The notes under the pieces were generated by a model, which saw only the letters and a list, made by a program, of their open reading frames with translations, was not told the DNA's origin and ran no database searches. The translations under genes and the position numbers were made by a program. A stretch of DNA of 54,973 nucleotides. It comes from a virus (lineage: Duplodnaviria; Caudoviricetes). The stretch lies in IMG/VR virus record IMGVR_UViG_3300025141_012176, positions 1 through 54,973 of that record; one strand, written 5' to 3'. Of this stretch, positions 27,782 to 38,364 are shown in pieces. How positions within the stretch are numbered: position 1 is the first letter of the stretch; each line of letters opens with the position of its first letter.

Positions 27782-30700
27782 CTAACAATCGTTTCCGTCT
27801 TTGTCGTATGGATTGCCCCGGCTTCTGCTCTTGTGGAACCAGCTTACATCCAAGTCAGGAAGCAAGCCGAAAAAGTCTCGCATATTTTCTAAGAAGTTGG
27901 TTTGGCTATCGTGCGAGTCCTCATCGGTAAAGGAAAACTCTCTTGATTTCCACATGGCTTTGAACAATCTACGGCATTGCTCCTTAGACTTGCTAAATGT
28001 CTTTGACTGATCCCATTTGTCAAACTTCGCCGAGAATGGGAGATTTCCAACATCTTTTCGAGCTATCGGTGGGTCGGCGCCATCAGAATCGGCATATGGG
28101 TTCCACCCATCACTTTCTCCGATAGAAGGCACAAACCCTCTAGCTGTATATATCGCCAATAATCCCTGAAGCTTCTCAAGTGGGAAAACATATTCAAGCA
28201 ACAGTTCAAGTCTTGGCTCTTTTGCAAGAAGCTCTGCCATACAGTCGACATCGTAAGAGTCAACGGCAGCATTGAAGCCATAGTCATCAATCGCCATATC
28301 AAGAGCGTCAATCTCTGTTGAAACCAAGGGGATGAGTAATAGATCTGGCCCCGAGGTGACTTCGGGGTTGGGGTTGGCGTCATCGGATAGCACATATTTT
28401 TGACCATATTGAGGATCCATAGGCTCCTGAGTATCGATGGTGCTCGCTGCCGGCGAATAAGTCCTGTCCCTAATAGTATTAATGTTGCTAAAGTTTAAGT
28501 TTGGATCGGCGGCTTTCACAGTCGCTGAAAGACTTTCGGGCAGTGCGTATGACAACCTAAGTCCATATCGAACCCCCACAGAGCCTTCAAGATTGTTGCT
28601 GGCGTCAAGAGACAAGTTTCCGAAGTACTCAGATAATGGAACTGAGGTGTCTATGTTTGAATTGGTGATCAGCGAATCAATAAATTCTTGCCAATCTTCA
28701 AGAGAAGTTACTCCTCTCGTTAGTTCCGATCTGTCAAGTATTTCTTGCGGTATTATGCCCACTGGTATCGGAAACTGGCTGGCTTCGGCGAGATCCTCTA
28801 TTACAACATATTTCTCCAAGAAAAAGAAGCCGGCTTCCACATCTTTCGGATCTATTGTTTCCAATTGCGATAGTGGGCTAGCCAGGAACGCTCCATCGTC
28901 GACCTCTATGATTACACCAACATCCATTATTGTCGGAGTGGCTCCGGATCGGAGATCTTCCGGTAAATCAATTTCCAAACTGCTTCCCAAGCACATGCCA
29001 CTAGTTCCCAGAAAATATTTCTTAAGATTGTCAATCGAAGGATTAATCCCGATGGGAGACAATGTTTCTCTGGCAGAGTCTGCCATGAATTCCAATTGCT
29101 CTTGCACGAGAGCAGAGAATATTGTTTTGGCATCAGCCTCTGTTTGCTGAACTCCCTGAAGAACTTTAAGTTGTCTGTATTCTTTGAGGCTCGTGAAAAT
29201 ATTAATCTTGTCTCCCAGTATCTCCTCGTCGGCTTCTTGTGCCGATCCTAGATCGCTCTCTGAAGGGAAGTTTACTTCAAAATTAATTTGAAAATCGTTT
29301 AGAGAGTCGAGCGCTTGCTGGGTGCCCCCTGTAACTTCTATTTCTCCAGCGTCAACTCTCCTTCCATAAACTTGAACTGCCTGCTCCAGCAAGGCATACC
29401 AATATTTTTGATCCCTAAAGAGCCCAAGTCTTATAGTATTATTCTTTATGTCTTCTGAAATCTTTGTCGTGATGTAGTCTGCGAAGATGGCGCCGGCTGT
29501 TGGCACAGTAAATTTACCGAACACAGGCATAGCTTTCATAAATTCTTCAGAAACATATATTCTTATCAAAGCAGCCAGCACTCCTTCAATGTTGGCAGCG
29601 GCTGTCCTGTCGAGGATTCTGGCATAAGGAAGCTCTTTAATGCATTCTTGATCTTGTGATAGTCTGGGATCGTCGGGCATGTTGTTAAAAACTTCATCAA
29701 CCCTCTCGGTGATATCGGCAAAAGTGATTAGCTTTTGAGGCTGCGGATCACAGCCGCATATTTCTGGCACTAGTGCCTGTAGTATGCCTGTCCAGCCGGT
29801 TGCCACCGGTGGCGATACATAATATGGGGCGCGCATGTAATTACCTCCATATAGCTGTGGATCTAGGAAAGTAACTCTTGGGTGCGGAATCGCTGTGATT
29901 GTGCCATCTTCATCAACCTCAGCACTAATACCTAACGGTCCGATGTCTTTCTTGGCTTTCACTGCTTCAAGATATTGTGCGCCAGAGAGTCCGGACAAAC
30001 TGGAGCCATAGTATTTGTCGCCTACTGTGTTTCCTACCGCGGCATCTGGCTCTAGATAGGCAAGATCAACATCGGTGATCGAAGAGTCCGACCATCCATG
30101 GCTCCAAAGAATTTCTCCATCGGCTATACTTTCAGCGAAATACGCGAGGAATCGTGTGATGATATTGTCCCAGAACTCTTGTGAGCCTCCAAATTCGGCG
30201 CCGATGGACTCAACAGCAGCGTCGACGCACTCGGATTGACGCAAGGATTCCATGAGGATCTGCCCAAAGCATTCAATTTGCGGGGAGAATTTTGCGGCAG
30301 ACAAATCGTATTTCGATTTCTCGCTGGTAGCTGCTGATGACAATGTGCTTTTAGAAGTAAATGACATCACTGCCTCAGATTCTTCCACCGTTTTGTCAAA
30401 AAGTGTTGACTGGTATTTATCAACTATTCTAAGTTGAGATACATCATCCGTGTTGGGAACTGCGGCGTCACCGTCATAAGTATATGTAAAATATTCAAAA
30501 TTAATATCAAATCCGTATTTATATGTTTCGCCGTCGCCGTTGCCATCTTGATTGTTGTCTCTGAATTCTAATACCAGATCTGGCTCCTTCGAAGGTATTG
30601 TCCCCATTGCTATCAACTGATCTTCGGTTAATCCCAGTAGAGCCTCAAGGTAGGCAAAGTCATCAACATAGTTTATGTTGGTGGCAAATTCAGCGTCCCT

Positions 30701-33700
30701 TAGATTAACCAACTCGTTTCTCAAGTGGCTGGCTACTCCGGTAGGCCACATACCTAGGGATTCCATTCCGAAGACATCTTTTTGGACTGTCTGTATGGCA
30801 CCCAGTAGTCCGTCATGTTCTTGATCTTCTGTGTGCACATACAGCGGAGAGAAAAAAGATCCAACGCGTCGATTGTGCCTCGTATATGGCATGGCAAGAG
30901 TATCGGAAAGGAGCATGTTAGCAAACCCCGTCCTGCCGAGGAGATCTGAAACGAATGCAGCTTCTATTCCACCGAACAGGGTATTGGTGGCAGATGACAT
31001 AACTTGGCTTAATTCTTCAGGCTCTCTTGGCAAAAGAGCGGTGCCGGCTTCTTGAGGATCAGGACAATCGGGGCAGTCTGGATCTCTGGCGCCTGATGGC
31101 ATGAGCGGCGGAAGAGCATCTTGCAAGAACTGTCCTGGACCTTTTTGCAGTATATTCGATACAGTATTGAAATCATCTTTGATCCTGTCTCTAAGTTTAT
31201 TCCACTGCTCTTCTATCTGCTCCTCAGTTACTGTATCGCCCGATATGTCAGCATTATGTCTCAGGAGCGCTGCTCTTGCGTTCCTCCAGTTCTCTAAATC
31301 TTCAGCAGAGGAACAGATGGTTGGACTAGATGGTTTCGTTCCGAGACGAGGACGAACTCTTTCCCTCAAGTCTCGTTTAAAATTCTTTGGAAGAAGAGCG
31401 CCGACATTTCGGAATACTGCCTTAATCTGTGCCTTGTTTGCGAAACTGGATTTATATGCTGGATTCTCAATCTCTATAATCTCCTGAACCAAGCTCAAAG
31501 AATCTGGAGTTGGGTTGCCTAAGATTAAGTCTGCCATTTCCTCCTCAGTTAGAACGGCAGATATATCAGTCACTAAAGAGTTTAAGCCATCTGCGCTAGA
31601 TAGTTCGCCGGCGGTGTCTGAGTCTGTGACGCCGAGTGCGGACATCAAGCCATTCAATGTATCTGTTACTTCTTCATCTGTCGCATCTGGCCCACAAAAG
31701 GCTTCTTTCACCATGTCGGAGAGGCTTATCTGTTCTCCAGACAGCAGAGCGGCCGCCATATCTGTTGCTGCCGTTAAAAGCTTGCATAACAGGCCATATA
31801 ATAGCTCAAGTATCTTTATTATGAGAGCCTTCAAGGCAGCTAAAAGTATTTGTTCAATTGTATACTTGGCAATTATAATAACATATTTAAAATAATCTTT
31901 TAAATTAGGCAACCAACCTAAAGGATTATTCATGTGGGGAAGAGTTACCGCGAGAGTCATTTCGCAAAAGTCTAGCTCTATTGACTTAATGAAGTCCATT
32001 ATGCTTGGATCAAACAATGGAGGGGAGGGGCAACCAATTAATGAAATAATGTTTGCTATAACTTGAGCGCCGGGAATATTATTAAGCGCATCTAAAACAT
32101 TATCGAAGCCTTTCTCTGCATAATAGCTCAAAAGAGTCGTAGCATAAACTTCCAGAATAATCTCCGCCGATTCTGACGCTGCTCCTGCAACGCCAATACA
32201 CGGAGCAATTCCAAAATTACTAGAGCCAGAGGAGCCTGAACTCGTGCCGAAACCATTGTCCTCTGACTGTTCGCTGCTAGAAGTTGCCGGTACTGTTTTG
32301 AGTGCGTCCCTTATTCTATCTATAATTTCATTTACTTCTTCAGAGCTTGGTATTGTAACATCATCGGTATATGAGTTGCCTGTCATATCATCTGCCGACA
32401 ATGCAGAATCTAGTTGCGTAGTGCTGCTTCCTTCCGGCAGCGCGCTGAGGGCTGCCTGAATGCCGCCAAAAGAGTCTAGCGCGGATTGCATATCGGTGGT
32501 ATCCAAATAGTCCACATCCATTGTACTGAGGGCATTAAGTATCGCTTCAACAATAATGGGATCCTCTTCTAGCACTATCGTTTCAAGCTGAGACATTAAT
32601 GATTTTGTTTGCTCAACCGTGTCCCATGGTGCTATAATTGCTTCTCCTAGCTGTACAGCGATATCGGCCGAGATAGCCTCCCTATCCTCTGATGGCAGTA
32701 ATAACCAAAGCTTCTCAAAAGCGCTTGTATCCATAGCATTTATGGCGGCAGAACAAGCTAGCTCCATAATTTCTTCAAAATCCAGTCCGATGCTAAGACA
32801 CTCTAGAGCGGTGCTCATTAAGTTAAACAACCCACAAAGTTTTAGATTATCAAATATTTCTGTAAAGAATTCTTTGATATCTGTTACTTCTTTCATTATA
32901 TCCGGAAGTTTGCCAAAGAAATCTGCATTGTCAAAAAATTCATTAAATATTGCCTCATCCTGCAATTGCTCCAGAAGCGATTCGTCGCTGAGGCTGGCTA
33001 AAATCTCCGCTCTCTCTTCTGGAGTCATGCAAAGGCTTTTATCAAAAAGGAAAGCAAGGGCATCTGGAAGGCTTATAAGGTTCTCAAACAATTCGCTGAA
33101 TACATCTCCCAGATTTAGATTATCGAGGGCACAACTCAACGCACTTTCTTCCATCTCATCGTCATCAGTGCTAATACCAGAGTCAATCAACACTGTGGGG
33201 TAAGTGTATTCTTCTACGAATTCGAGCCATGGCTTTGGGCCGCCGCGAGCGGCGAGATCGTCTGCCATCAAATTGATGTTGGAAATATACCCCATTGTCG
33301 ACGGATTGTTAAACGGAAATGTCTGTTTAAGAGTGGATATCTTGCCGCCATCTAAAACAATTGGATCACAATATTTGTTCTTTATGATAGTAACAGCCTT
33401 AAGCTCCATCTCTTCAGTGAAATCAAGGGTAACGGTTTCTGCCTGATCTAATCCCGGCTTGAAGATGCCTTCCTTTGGCACAAAGCCCTGTTCCTTGACG
33501 AAATCCAAGAACACGGCCCTAAACTCTTTAAAATAATAATGCTCATCTTGCAAATTCAGCGGCTTATTGTCCTCAAACAGTATCTTGCCGCCGTCTGTTC
33601 TGCTCCACATGCCTTGATATCTTGAGTAGAGAGCAAGTCCATGCCCAACCTTTCTATGAGTGTTCTTGAAGCCTGGAAGATCTATGTCAACTGTTTTCTC

Positions 33701-34213
33701 TCCACTTACAACATCGGATGTTTCAGCATCGGGAACAGCTAAATCGTTCAAAACATTTTCTGGAAGAGTAACCAAAACCCTCATTTTTATGCCCGGGCGC
33801 TCTGAAAGGTGGTAATCTTCGGCTACGGCGTACTGAGAAACTGTTTCGACTGTTGCGATGTCGTCTGATTTTCCATTATTTATCAAGAAAGATGTGACTG
33901 CGGGCTTGATGTACTGTTGCATACGAGCCTCAAGCTCATCGGCTCCGGTAGAAGTATAAAAAACTGGGTTTTCGTCATCGTCCCATGCAACCCTAGATGT
34001 GATCCAGTGTTGGCAAGTCCTTTCATTCATGAATGATTCGTTTATTCTTCTCTTTGTCCAGTCAGGGACAATAGCCTCTGGATTAGGCTCACACTCTCCT
34101 GGACACGGAGGGCAATCTACAGCAGACTCCGGAGGCGGCTCTGCCAACGGATTACATTCAGTCTCTAGTTCCGAAAACGGATTTTGATGTTCTAAGTATT
34201 TCGAGGTGCTCAT
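27782..34213 (-). CDS. very large acidic hypothetical protein (probable virion/baseplate-associated)
   Basis: 2143-aa ORF between gp5-like spike and gp25; helical, Cys-dotted, with a long hydrophobic segment (YVIIIAKYTIEQILLAALKALIIKILELLYGLLCKLLTAA). Confidence 0.6.
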   Translation of the reverse strand: MSTSKYLEHQNPFSELETECNPLAEPPPESAVDCPPCPGECEPNPEAIVPDWTKRRINESFMNERTCQHWITSRVAWDDDENPVFYTSTGADELEARMQQYIKPAVTSFLINNGKSDDIATVETVSQYAVAEDYHLSERPGIKMRVLVTLPENVLNDLAVPDAETSDVVSGEKTVDIDLPGFKNTHRKVGHGLALYSRYQGMWSRTDGGKILFEDNKPLNLQDEHYYFKEFRAVFLDFVKEQGFVPKEGIFKPGLDQAETVTLDFTEEMELKAVTIIKNKYCDPIVLDGGKISTLKQTFPFNNPSTMGYISNINLMADDLAARGGPKPWLEFVEEYTYPTVLIDSGISTDDDEMEESALSCALDNLNLGDVFSELFENLISLPDALAFLFDKSLCMTPEERAEILASLSDESLLEQLQDEAIFNEFFDNADFFGKLPDIMKEVTDIKEFFTEIFDNLKLCGLFNLMSTALECLSIGLDFEEIMELACSAAINAMDTSAFEKLWLLLPSEDREAISADIAVQLGEAIIAPWDTVEQTKSLMSQLETIVLEEDPIIVEAILNALSTMDVDYLDTTDMQSALDSFGGIQAALSALPEGSSTTQLDSALSADDMTGNSYTDDVTIPSSEEVNEIIDRIRDALKTVPATSSSEQSEDNGFGTSSGSSGSSNFGIAPCIGVAGAASESAEIILEVYATTLLSYYAEKGFDNVLDALNNIPGAQVIANIISLIGCPSPPLFDPSIMDFIKSIELDFCEMTLAVTLPHMNNPLGWLPNLKDYFKYVIIIAKYTIEQILLAALKALIIKILELLYGLLCKLLTAATDMAAALLSGEQISLSDMVKEAFCGPDATDEEVTDTLNGLMSALGVTDSDTAGELSSADGLNSLVTDISAVLTEEEMADLILGNPTPDSLSLVQEIIEIENPAYKSSFANKAQIKAVFRNVGALLPKNFKRDLRERVRPRLGTKPSSPTICSSAEDLENWRNARAALLRHNADISGDTVTEEQIEEQWNKLRDRIKDDFNTVSNILQKGPGQFLQDALPPLMPSGARDPDCPDCPDPQEAGTALLPREPEELSQVMSSATNTLFGGIEAAFVSDLLGRTGFANMLLSDTLAMPYTRHNRRVGSFFSPLYVHTEDQEHDGLLGAIQTVQKDVFGMESLGMWPTGVASHLRNELVNLRDAEFATNINYVDDFAYLEALLGLTEDQLIAMGTIPSKEPDLVLEFRDNNQDGNGDGETYKYGFDINFEYFTYTYDGDAAVPNTDDVSQLRIVDKYQSTLFDKTVEESEAVMSFTSKSTLSSAATSEKSKYDLSAAKFSPQIECFGQILMESLRQSECVDAAVESIGAEFGGSQEFWDNIITRFLAYFAESIADGEILWSHGWSDSSITDVDLAYLEPDAAVGNTVGDKYYGSSLSGLSGAQYLEAVKAKKDIGPLGISAEVDEDGTITAIPHPRVTFLDPQLYGGNYMRAPYYVSPPVATGWTGILQALVPEICGCDPQPQKLITFADITERVDEVFNNMPDDPRLSQDQECIKELPYARILDRTAAANIEGVLAALIRIYVSEEFMKAMPVFGKFTVPTAGAIFADYITTKISEDIKNNTIRLGLFRDQKYWYALLEQAVQVYGRRVDAGEIEVTGGTQQALDSLNDFQINFEVNFPSESDLGSAQEADEEILGDKINIFTSLKEYRQLKVLQGVQQTEADAKTIFSALVQEQLEFMADSARETLSPIGINPSIDNLKKYFLGTSGMCLGSSLEIDLPEDLRSGATPTIMDVGVIIEVDDGAFLASPLSQLETIDPKDVEAGFFFLEKYVVIEDLAEASQFPIPVGIIPQEILDRSELTRGVTSLEDWQEFIDSLITNSNIDTSVPLSEYFGNLSLDASNNLEGSVGVRYGLRLSYALPESLSATVKAADPNLNFSNINTIRDRTYSPAASTIDTQEPMDPQYGQKYVLSDDANPNPEVTSGPDLLLIPLVSTEIDALDMAIDDYGFNAAVDSYDVDCMAELLAKEPRLELLLEYVFPLEKLQGLLAIYTARGFVPSIGESDGWNPYADSDGADPPIARKDVGNLPFSAKFDKWDQSKTFSKSKEQCRRLFKAMWKSREFSFTDEDSHDSQTNFLENMRDFFGLLPDLDVSWFHKSRSRGNPYDKDGNDC

Positions 34214-34225
34214 GAGTTTATATCC

Positions 34226-35236
34226 TTATGTAGTCCTTACATTTCGACTGCATATATATTGCAAGCCATATGGCTCCAGAAAGTTAACTTCGTAGAACAT
34301 AGTGTTTACTTTTTGCGCCCAAAGAGGGCCATGAACATCTGTAAGCATGTTTGTAATGTTAACTGTGCCGGCTCCAACAAGCTCTGGAGATGGAAATGTC
34401 TGGATGGCTCCAATGCCGGCGCCTTGGTGCGTATGCAACATCAGTGCCGCGTTGAACGCTTGTTGGTATATTGCAAAGTTAACAACAGAGGCTTGTAGTT
34501 GATTTATCAAATCAACCAACTCTTTCATCCCTTCTACCATGTTGTCGCCCATTATTAATGGCTGTAAGGTGTTTATTTCGAAGACTCCCTTTGTGGGGGA
34601 AAAGTGCAGATGGGGGCTTGTGTTGTTTCCAGCAATGAACTCAATTCCTGGAGCAGGCATGCCAGAGGTGTATCCAAGGGCATTTTTCTCTCCACCTGGA
34701 CCGGCGGAGACGCCCCTCCCCTTTCCAGTGACTATTTTTACTCCCTCTCTTCCTATAACCCTAACATCATCAGCTTTAATTCCTATGCCGGAAGTTCCTT
34801 CTTTTCTTCCTATCTTTCCCGCTTCTAAACCAAAGTTTCTATCAATATTTGTCTTTTGGCTGATATGTATTCTGGCGGCGTCACCAAAGAAATTGGGGGC
34901 GGAGATGGTGGCTGACGGGCCGTCTTCTTGAGATGAGCCCCTTCCAACAACAACATCAATAGAGCCGGCTTGAGTGGCGCCTCTTGCTCCGAAACCGCTT
35001 GCGCGGCTAGCAGGGCGATCTCTGCCCATAACAATCCAAGTGTTATTATTGCCTCTGATTACATGCTCGTTTGTGGTGCCATCATAAACAGGCTGCGGCT
35101 CTGTGACGCTTTCCTGATTGAGCCCTAATACTTTCGCTGCGCTGGCAGGCGTGTATGTGGAAAGAAAATCCTGTACCTCTTGGTCTATTTCCTTGAACAG
35201 GTTTGAGATTTCCCAATTTTTTGTTCTGCGTGCCAT
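34226..35236 (-). CDS. baseplate central spike protein (gp5 C-terminal-like)
   Basis: VIRGNNNTWIVMGRDR, IGIKADDVRVIGREGVKIVT beta-helix-like strands, PLIMGDNMVE followed by a helix and HTH (HxH metal-binding tip motif); position upstream of gp25. Confidence 0.6.
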   Translation of the reverse strand: MARRTKNWEISNLFKEIDQEVQDFLSTYTPASAAKVLGLNQESVTEPQPVYDGTTNEHVIRGNNNTWIVMGRDRPASRASGFGARGATQAGSIDVVVGRGSSQEDGPSATISAPNFFGDAARIHISQKTNIDRNFGLEAGKIGRKEGTSGIGIKADDVRVIGREGVKIVTGKGRGVSAGPGGEKNALGYTSGMPAPGIEFIAGNNTSPHLHFSPTKGVFEINTLQPLIMGDNMVEGMKELVDLINQLQASVVNFAIYQQAFNAALMLHTHQGAGIGAIQTFPSPELVGAGTVNITNMLTDVHGPLWAQKVNTMFYEVNFLEPYGLQYICSRNVRTT

Positions 35237-35245
35237 TAAAAAGTC

Positions 35246-36568
35246 CTAAGGGTTCCAGCCGGCCGGGAGTTCTGCGCTCGATACCAATGTATATCCTAGT
35301 GTCGAGTCGTACCCGCCGCCCCAGATCTCTTCGTGCTTCCTAGCTAGCGTCATGAATTCCATAAAATGGCCTACATTTGCAAAAACCTGACAGCCTCCGG
35401 AGTACTTGTTGACGAGTGTTGAAGTACCTGTTCCGCTTGATCGGTGTAAGTTTAGTCCAACATTCTTCTGCTGTTGATTAATCTCCGCATATTGAGTGTC
35501 CCAATTGGCATCTCGAAAAGTTACCCCAGGATAGGGAGAGTTGGTACCCACCGCTTCATAGCTTATGTGTTTCCGAACTCTATATCCTGGCTGTCGAACA
35601 GCAGTTTTGTGCGTTGGCATAAACGCGACCCCGGCGTCGTTGAGCGGCTTCAGGGTACCATTTTTTTGCGGGTTGCCAAGCAGCCATGTCATACCAGGAC
35701 GAGTTGTGCATGGCCATATTTTGAACTGGGTTTCTCCGTTTACTTTATATGTGACTGTAAAGAAGTCATCAAACAGATTTGTTAAGTTTGGAGGCGGTCC
35801 TGCCTCGGAATTCTGCACACCAACGATATTCAATTGATAATCTTCTTCAAACCATAGATGGCCATTATCTTTCATGAATGTCTCTATCACTCCTGCGTCG
35901 ATTGAATTTTCGAGATGTGAATAATCTGGCAACTTCGAAGATGGCACATATGGTTCAAATGGGGGGATTCCGGCAGGGTTGCCATTGGATCCAACTGGTA
36001 CGCCGCCTTCTCCAATGAGCGCGGCCAAGTCTACGGCACAGCCTGGCGCTGAACCGTTATTGCCCGAAGGCGTCGTCGCCTTCGAACACAAACCTAGAAT
36101 AGTTTTAGATTCCCTGTCCACCCAAACAATATCGCCAATAGCTATCGTTTCATCCGAACCGGCGCCTTCGTTCTCTTTGCTCGTCACATAAAGAGGGTGC
36201 ATATAAATCCGCTTAAGCGCGATGTCCGGAGAATCAACAATATCACATGGATCTGGGTATATCGCGTCAGGGCTAGGTATGTTTTCATCCGGAGGGAGAC
36301 AGCGGCATCTGCAAGCTTTTCTTGGTTTGGCGCCGAATAGTGAGCCAATGATGCCTCCAGCACCGTTTGCCTCTGAGGTTGGCGGCCAAATTGTGGGCTC
36401 CTCCAATACCAGCGCGGCATAACGCGGTATACTAGCGTATACCCCAAAGCTTTCCATAGATTGCTGGGCTGCCCACAGCGCACCTTCTGCCTGAAGCTCT
36501 ATCATGGCTTCGTGATCACCTAAGATTCCGGGATCAAATCTATACTGAAAGGTGCTGCTATTTGCCAT
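35246..36568 (-). CDS. baseplate hub-associated protein with C-terminal YkuD/L,D-transpeptidase-like peptidoglycan-acting domain
   Basis: IAIGDIVWV (OB-fold-like as in gp5 N-terminus); C-terminal GLNLHRS...KYSGGCQVF matches the H-x(14-17)-S-x-GC catalytic motif. Confidence 0.55.
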   Translation of the reverse strand: MANSSTFQYRFDPGILGDHEAMIELQAEGALWAAQQSMESFGVYASIPRYAALVLEEPTIWPPTSEANGAGGIIGSLFGAKPRKACRCRCLPPDENIPSPDAIYPDPCDIVDSPDIALKRIYMHPLYVTSKENEGAGSDETIAIGDIVWVDRESKTILGLCSKATTPSGNNGSAPGCAVDLAALIGEGGVPVGSNGNPAGIPPFEPYVPSSKLPDYSHLENSIDAGVIETFMKDNGHLWFEEDYQLNIVGVQNSEAGPPPNLTNLFDDFFTVTYKVNGETQFKIWPCTTRPGMTWLLGNPQKNGTLKPLNDAGVAFMPTHKTAVRQPGYRVRKHISYEAVGTNSPYPGVTFRDANWDTQYAEINQQQKNVGLNLHRSSGTGTSTLVNKYSGGCQVFANVGHFMEFMTLARKHEEIWGGGYDSTLGYTLVSSAELPAGWNP

Positions 36569-36570
36569 CC

Positions 36571-36879
36571 TTAGTCGTTCTCCTGTTCGCGAGTACTCGG
36601 CGATGAACCTAGCATCTCATATATATCTTTCTTGTCAGTCTCTGACAAGCCGGTATTTCCTGCTTGCTGCTTATACAATAACTGCGCTGCTTTAACCAAT
36701 TGCTCGTTTGAGCGTTGCTGAGTTTCCACATATTTGGCAGCTATTAGCCCATGATCGCGGTGGGGTTCTGGGGCTTTGCTCATATAGTTAATCAAATCAT
36801 TCAGAAGTTCGTTGGTGACAGTTCTGTCTGCGCGAACATTATCGATTGCTTCTTGTACAATATCCTCTACTTTGCTCAT
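36571..36879 (-). CDS. hypothetical coiled-coil protein
   Basis: Likely start MSKVEDIVQ at 36879 (ATGA overlap with the sigma factor stop). Confidence 0.65.
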   Translation of the reverse strand: MSKVEDIVQEAIDNVRADRTVTNELLNDLINYMSKAPEPHRDHGLIAAKYVETQQRSNEQLVKAAQLLYKQQAGNTGLSETDKKDIYEMLGSSPSTREQEND

Positions 36880-37589
36880 ATCTTTCCATCTTCCCATTTA
36901 ACTTTAAAAACACGATACTTGATGCGCATCTTGTTTAGATTATTAACTACCTGCTTTGTATTCAGCCCAGTAATCTCCCTCAGATATAAGTAAATAGCTT
37001 TCTTGTTGAAAATTTCTATATCATCTGGGTGCTCTAGAAGTATTTTGACTGCTTCATATACTTTTTTCTCGTTGTCTTTCATCCCTTCAGGGTTCCAGCC
37101 GTCCATCTCGGACTTTAGACTAGCCCAGAATTGAGTCTTCGCTGTCTCCTCTAGCCATGGATTTTGTATAGACATAAACTCTAATTCAGAATCTCTGGAC
37201 ATGTTATCCAAATCGACTTCGGTGAAGCGCTTCTTCCGCTGTACTTTTACCTTATGAATAAACCAATTTTTTGTAATGACGCTAAAATAGGAGAAGGCTT
37301 TGTATCCCTTGCTCTGATCATATTTATCTAGTATTGTAGTCAGCCAGATTTTGCACTCTTCCCTAAGATCTGTTATGTTTGACAGTGTTGTGAATTTATA
37401 TGTAAATACAATCTTGTCAACCAACTCATTAAAAGCAGGGCCGATGAGGTTGACATATAACTCTGTGCGTCTTTTTATATCTTCAGTCTTGGCATATTCT
37501 ATTATCGCATCCTCATGGACTTGAGTAAAATAAAGTCTCTTTTGCTTTTTTCTCTTTGGCTTAGATGGCAGGTTCTTCGGTTTCGACAT
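36876..37589 (-). CDS. phage sigma factor, T4 gp55-like (late transcription)
   Basis: LYFTQVHEDAIIEY, LDKYDQSKGYKAFSYFSVITKNWFI (sigma region 2-like), C-terminal HTH-like YLREITGLNTKQV; likely start 37589 after GGAGAGG. Confidence 0.7.
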   Translation of the reverse strand: MSKPKNLPSKPKRKKQKRLYFTQVHEDAIIEYAKTEDIKRRTELYVNLIGPAFNELVDKIVFTYKFTTLSNITDLREECKIWLTTILDKYDQSKGYKAFSYFSVITKNWFIHKVKVQRKKRFTEVDLDNMSRDSELEFMSIQNPWLEETAKTQFWASLKSEMDGWNPEGMKDNEKKVYEAVKILLEHPDDIEIFNKKAIYLYLREITGLNTKQVVNNLNKMRIKYRVFKVKWEDGKI

Positions 37590-37914
37590 TATCATCCTCT
37601 CCTTCTTCAACAATCTCGTCATCAGTTTCAACTAAGGTATATATGTCCCTATAGTCCTCCAGTTGTTGCGATAAATCTTTTGCATGCTCCAGGAGGAACC
37701 CTAAAGTCTCATCTCCATAATAATTTTCAAGACTATAAACCTTCTCCAAATGACTTTCAAAGCCCTCTATCATAGTTCTTAAATCTAACATGTTGCCCGA
37801 AACAAAGACTAAGCGCCGGAGCGCCTGTCTCGTATACCATATCAATCCAACATTTAAAATGATAGAAAAGAGTGCTAGCGCTGACAAGCATATGATAATC
37901 GTATATATATTCAT
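37561..37914 (-). CDS. membrane-anchored hypothetical protein
   Basis: N-terminal TM helix IIICLSALALFSIILNVGLIWY followed by coiled coil and acidic tail. Confidence 0.7.
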   Translation of the reverse strand: MNIYTIIICLSALALFSIILNVGLIWYTRQALRRLVFVSGNMLDLRTMIEGFESHLEKVYSLENYYGDETLGFLLEHAKDLSQQLEDYRDIYTLVETDDEIVEEGEDDNVETEEPAI

Positions 37915-38171
37915 TTGTATTCCTCCTTTTTTATTCTTTCTTTTTCTGCTTTTAGATCTTCTTTGCTGTTCTCGATAAACTCTCTAACTGCTACCCCTAC
38001 TGGCTGTTCACCCGAACCCCCACTTGGTGATGTTGTGGTGAATGCAGATGGCAGCCTAGATAGAGAGCCGTTGGTGGCGCAGATGGCGCACACTTCCAAG
38101 TCCTCAGACATAGAATGATGTGTTTCAAATACGCCACCACAGTCCTCGCAGCGGTAAGAATATCTAGGCAT
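37911..38171 (-). CDS. FmdB-family zinc ribbon protein
   Basis: MPRYSYRCEDCGGVFE...CAIC; likely start at 38171. Confidence 0.8.
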   Translation of the reverse strand: MPRYSYRCEDCGGVFETHHSMSEDLEVCAICATNGSLSRLPSAFTTTSPSGGSGEQPVGVAVREFIENSKEDLKAEKERIKKEEYK

Positions 38172-38364
38172 CTTGTTCTTGACTCTCGTTATCAAACTTA
38201 ACAAGAGGGGGGTTCATTACCATGAGTCCCTCCTCAGAATTCTTAAGCTTGAATCCCTTGATCACAGGCACAATATCGCTCTGCTCCATCAAAGACTTCT
38301 GCAAAGCCATCATTAAAGCACCAACGGCTTGATCTGAAAGTTGCATATTTTGTTCTTTACTCAT
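38164..38364 (-). CDS. small hypothetical protein
   Basis: 66 aa, GGAG SD, overlaps both neighbours. Confidence 0.65.
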   Translation of the reverse strand: MSKEQNMQLSDQAVGALMMALQKSLMEQSDIVPVIKGFKLKNSEEGLMVMNPPLVKFDNESQEQDA

